This document shows positions 60,425 through 64,000 of a DNA stretch of 64,000 nucleotides, one piece after another (within the stretch, counting starts at the first letter, position 1; each line of letters opens with the position of its first letter). This DNA is from Hyaloraphidium curvatum SAG 235-1. Its lineage: Eukaryota > Fungi > Monoblepharomycota. The notes under the pieces are model-generated. The model was not told where the DNA came from. It saw only the letters and a list, made by a program, of their open reading frames with translations, and did no database searches. The stretch covers positions 62,001-126,000 of the forward strand of contig JAIVFI010000037.1 of the NCBI GenBank assembly GCA_025558095.1, in the 5' to 3' direction. Made by a program: the position numbers and the translations under genes.

Positions 60425-63400
60425 CTACAGCGGCCAAGATCCGGCCACCGAAGAGCACGTCGAGCACATTCCCGAGGAAGCAGCAACTGCGGAGCGGTAC
60501 GCGGGCCTGAGCCGCCCGTAGGCCCACATCTCCACCTGGACGCCCCACACCCCGCGCCAGTCCCACCCGGGCACCGAGTAGGCCGACTCTCGCACGGTGA
60601 ACCTCGCCAGGGGGGTAGGCACGTAGAACTTGGCCGCGTCCTTGTCCGCGAGGCTCCCGGGCACGACGACCTTCCACGACGCCGAGGGCTGCAGGGAGAT
60701 GCCCCAGCGGTACGGGGTGGCGAGGAAGGCTGCGAGCCAGGGCTGCCCGTTCCCGTCGGTGAAGATGTTGAGGTACTCCCCCGACGGGGCGACGTCGAGG
60801 TGCAGCACGGGGGTGGTGCCGGGGACCGCGGTGCCGTTGAAAGTTATGCCGTACGGCTTAAGCACGAGCTGGAACAAATGCAGGTTCTCGTAGGGGCCGA
60901 AGATATTGGCCAGGGCGGGGAGCGTGGGGTCGGTGAGGTCCAGGACCGCGGATCCGGTGGAGGAAAGGTTTCCGATGAATGCGGGATCGGTGACGACGAA
61001 GGAACCGTTGCAAATGCTTGGAAGGGGTGAGGGTCAGGCTTCGTCAAAGTCACCACCGCGCTGCTCTCGCCCACCATTGGCTTTGGAGCGAGGCCTGGTC
61101 GAGGCCCTGCAGGGCCTCGAGGGCGGCGATCTTGAAGGTGGCGGCGGGCGACGACGGATCCGGCATCTCTCCCTTGACCTTTGCCGGGCACGGCGCCGTG
61201 AACGCGTACTCGAATGCGAGGCACGCCTCGGTCACCAGCTGCATCGCGCGGACCTTTGCGTCCACCGAATCCAGCCCGAGCTCCAGGATCGCGCGGTTCA
61301 CGTCCACCAGCCTGTCCTCGACCCCGGCGCGCGCCGCCGCGACCCTGTCCCGGGCGGCCTGCGCGGCCTGCAGCCTGGCGGCGGCCGACACGACGTCGTT
61401 GTTGGCGCCGAGGAGGGCGATGTTGGCGGCGATCATGTCGCCGCCGGCGTTGGCGGTCTCGGCGAGCGCGATGGCGAAGTCGGCGGCGGTCGAGATGCCC
61501 TGCTGGATGGCCGGGAGTAGGGATAGGTGGGCCTGCGCGGAGAGGTCCTTGAATGCGAGAGCGGATACGGTGAGGTCGGCCAGGGCGTTGGGGTCCGCCG
61601 TGTCGACGCCGGGGAAGGCGATCTGGGGCTTCTTGGGGTTGAGGCGGGCCGCGGTCACCAGAGGATACGTGCCCTGCAAGTTTGGACAAAGCTGATCAGA
61701 ATGCGAGGCGGACAGGATCGTCTCTCGAACCCACCTTGAGGAAATCCGACACGCCCTTGACGGTCTTCTGTATGGTCTCGAAAATCTTGGACATCTTGTC
61801 CAGGTTCGACGTCACGTCCTTGAGCTTGGCCACGTCCTTGAGCAGGTTCTTCATGCCCGAGCCCCCGTAAACCCCGCCGGCGATCATCGCCACGGCGTCT
61901 GTGAAGAACGACACCACCGTCATCGCGATCTGCTCCCCGATCTTCTCCCTGATCTGCCGCGCCATGGCCTCCCTCTCCACCTCGACGCCCGCGATCCGCT
62001 CCACGTACGTCGCATTGAGCCGCGACGCCGCCGCTGCGAGCCCCTCGGCGTGCGACAGGGCCCCGCGCAGCTCCGCCTGCGCCGCCGCGATCTCGGCATC
62101 CATCGCCGCCAATCCCCCCTCCAGCGCCGCCGCGGCCGCCTCGTGCGACAAACCCTTGGCCACCGCCGCGCGGATCAGATCCTCGACCGTCTCGAGGGCA
62201 ACGAGCTGGAGCTCCGCCTGGGCGGTGATGGTCTCGACCGAGAGGTAGGGCACGCGGCGGACGTTCCGCGCGCGGGAGACGGCGAGGTCCCGGGAGAGTG
62301 CGAGCAGCGCGCCGCGGGCGGCGGTGGAGCCGGCGTCCGGGGTGGCGGTCGAGCGTGCGCCGAGGGCGGGCGACGATGCGGTGCCTTCGTCGCCGGGGAA
62401 GGAGGAGAAGATGTCCAGGATGAAGGCGGTGGCCTCGGTCCTCGCGAACCCGGCCATCTCGGATGCGCATCCGGCTGCCATGCGCATGACGAGCGGGTCC
62501 GAGTCGAACGGAGATGCGACGGCCGAGTCCAGCGCGATGGTTCCTTGCGGGAGGCGCACGGGGGTGCGGCTGCGCACGTGGCAGATCCCGTCGTACAACC
62601 CCGATGCGTCGGCGTCCAGGGGGGCCGCTGGGGAAGACGTGGCGTGCTTGGCCGAGAAGGATAGGAGGCCGAGGTAGGACAGGTCGGGCTTGGGCGCCCT
62701 GCGTGCATCCTGCAGGGCCAGGTAGTCGGCGGCGGGGTGCTGGGCGAGCTCCACGGTGTAGTCCGAGGTCGAGAATAGGCCGATGCGGCGGGCGCGGTCG
62801 GCGACGGTGCCTGCGGGGCTGCCGTCGAGGGCGTGGAACGCGCCGATCTGCGACGTCGTTCGGCCGTAGGTGGTCGTCCTCGACGACGCGTTGAGGCCGT
62901 TCCAGGTGCCGCTAAAAGCCGGCCACGTGAACCGGTCGACGCCCAAGGCAAGCCAAGGCCCGCCCCCTTGCGAGGGCACGGAGAAGGCGGCGCCGCCGTA
63001 GTCCTGCATGGTCAGCTCGACGGTGGCGTTGATGCAGGTCCGCGTGGGGTCGTCCCATTGGTTGCAGCTCCCGGATCGGAAGCAAAGGGGCGCGTAGGTG
63101 GTTTCGTTGACAGTCGAGCAGTTGGGCACCGAGAGGGCGGCGAGGGTGTCGAACAGTCCAGTGTTTGCGCACATATCGATGGCGTTGTCCCCCGTCTGGG
63201 GGCGCAGCGCGGCTGAGAGGCAGAGCCTGGTTAGTTCTCTGCGTACGCATGCTGAGCGAAAGCAACTTGCCGTTCACGGTGATGTCCTTCTTGGCAGCCA
63301 CGGGGTGGTAAGCCGGGAGCCCGTTGTGCGAGACTCCGAGGGATCCGAACACCTTTGCGGCACGGATGTGCACATCTGGCCCGTAGGCACCCTCCGCGTT

Positions 63401-64000
63401 GGGGCCGTGGGACCACACTTCGAGCGTCCCGTTGTCAGACACCACGTTGATTGCCTCGATGCGGACCTTGGTGTATCCCGCGGTGTCCTTGCCGATGGAG
63501 ACGGTCGTGTCCCGGGGAAAGACTACGTTGACCGCGGTCAGGTTCAGCTCGGTGATCTGCGAGAGCTCGACGCCCTTGGCGGCCCCGCGCACGAAATCGG
63601 CGAGGTGCGACATGTCGAGGTCGACAAAGGCCAGGGCGAGGCGGACGTCCGTGATGTCGGGGACGATCGCTGCGGTCTCGGTTGCGGCCAGGACGCCGGC
63701 GGCCAGCTTGGGGCACTTGCTTGCCGCGAGCAACGAAGGCCGGCGGATCGAGAGCGGGTCGGGGTCCGACTGCATTGCTGCCGACTGCGTGCCGAGCCAA
63801 CCGTCGATGCGGCAGTCGTACTCCACGCGCCAGAACTTGGAGGTATCAGGGCACGAGTCCCCGAAGAGGGCGACTGCGTCGACGGCCGGCACACAGCTCT
63901 GCTGCCCGTCGCAGAGCCTAGCGACGTGGGCCGCCAAGGCCGCGCGGATTGCGGGGCTGTACCCGCATTCATCGTCGGCACCGTTTCCGAGCACGGGACA
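60425..64000 (-). CDS. Large multi-exon protein (5' end outside window): SUEL/galactose-binding lectin domain, long helical region with hydrophobic hairpin, beta-rich C-terminus
   Basis: LCDGQQSC...LFGDSCPDTSKFWRVEYDC is a SUEL signature. Consecutive ORFs 62912-63994, 61696-63174, 61050-61679 and 60425-60877 can be joined by GT-AG introns. Confidence 0.7.

Noticed and set aside
1-64000. Hundreds of long overlapping or antisense Arg/Pro/Gly-rich ORFs
   Set aside because: Expected shadow ORFs in high-GC DNA with strong GC3 bias; they carry no domain motifs.

Overview
GC-rich, gene-dense eukaryotic DNA with many short GT-AG introns carrying (G)CTRAY branch sites. Gene content suggests an early-diverging, chytrid-like fungus, possibly a monoblepharid such as Hyaloraphidium (inference). 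About 35 protein-coding loci are present. Housekeeping and metabolic genes include a Baeyer-Villiger monooxygenase, an APH-family kinase, an ammonium transporter, an amidohydrolase, a GH16, p24, D-amino acid oxidase, a protoglobin, an RGS protein, an ABCC transporter, an amino acid permease, an SLC35F-like transporter and RPS7. An accessory block at about 17.8-36 kb holds paired divergent kinases, several MYND-finger genes and pseudogenes, a secreted EGF-PAN-Ig protein and an RCC1-ectodomain receptor-like kinase flanked by ~430-bp direct repeats. The most notable observations are: (1) many introns with a branch point about 40-46 nt from the 5' splice site followed by long AG-free tails; (2) an intron that looks newly born by tandem duplication of exon sequence; (3) a CRINKLY4-like receptor kinase architecture; (4) a lectin-tipped putative pore-forming toxin; (5) in-frame coding-like repeats beyond a TGA stop; (6) a divergent CCDC39 flagellar gene. 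No rRNA, tRNA or CRISPR array was seen. All family calls come from motif recognition by eye, not from database searches.
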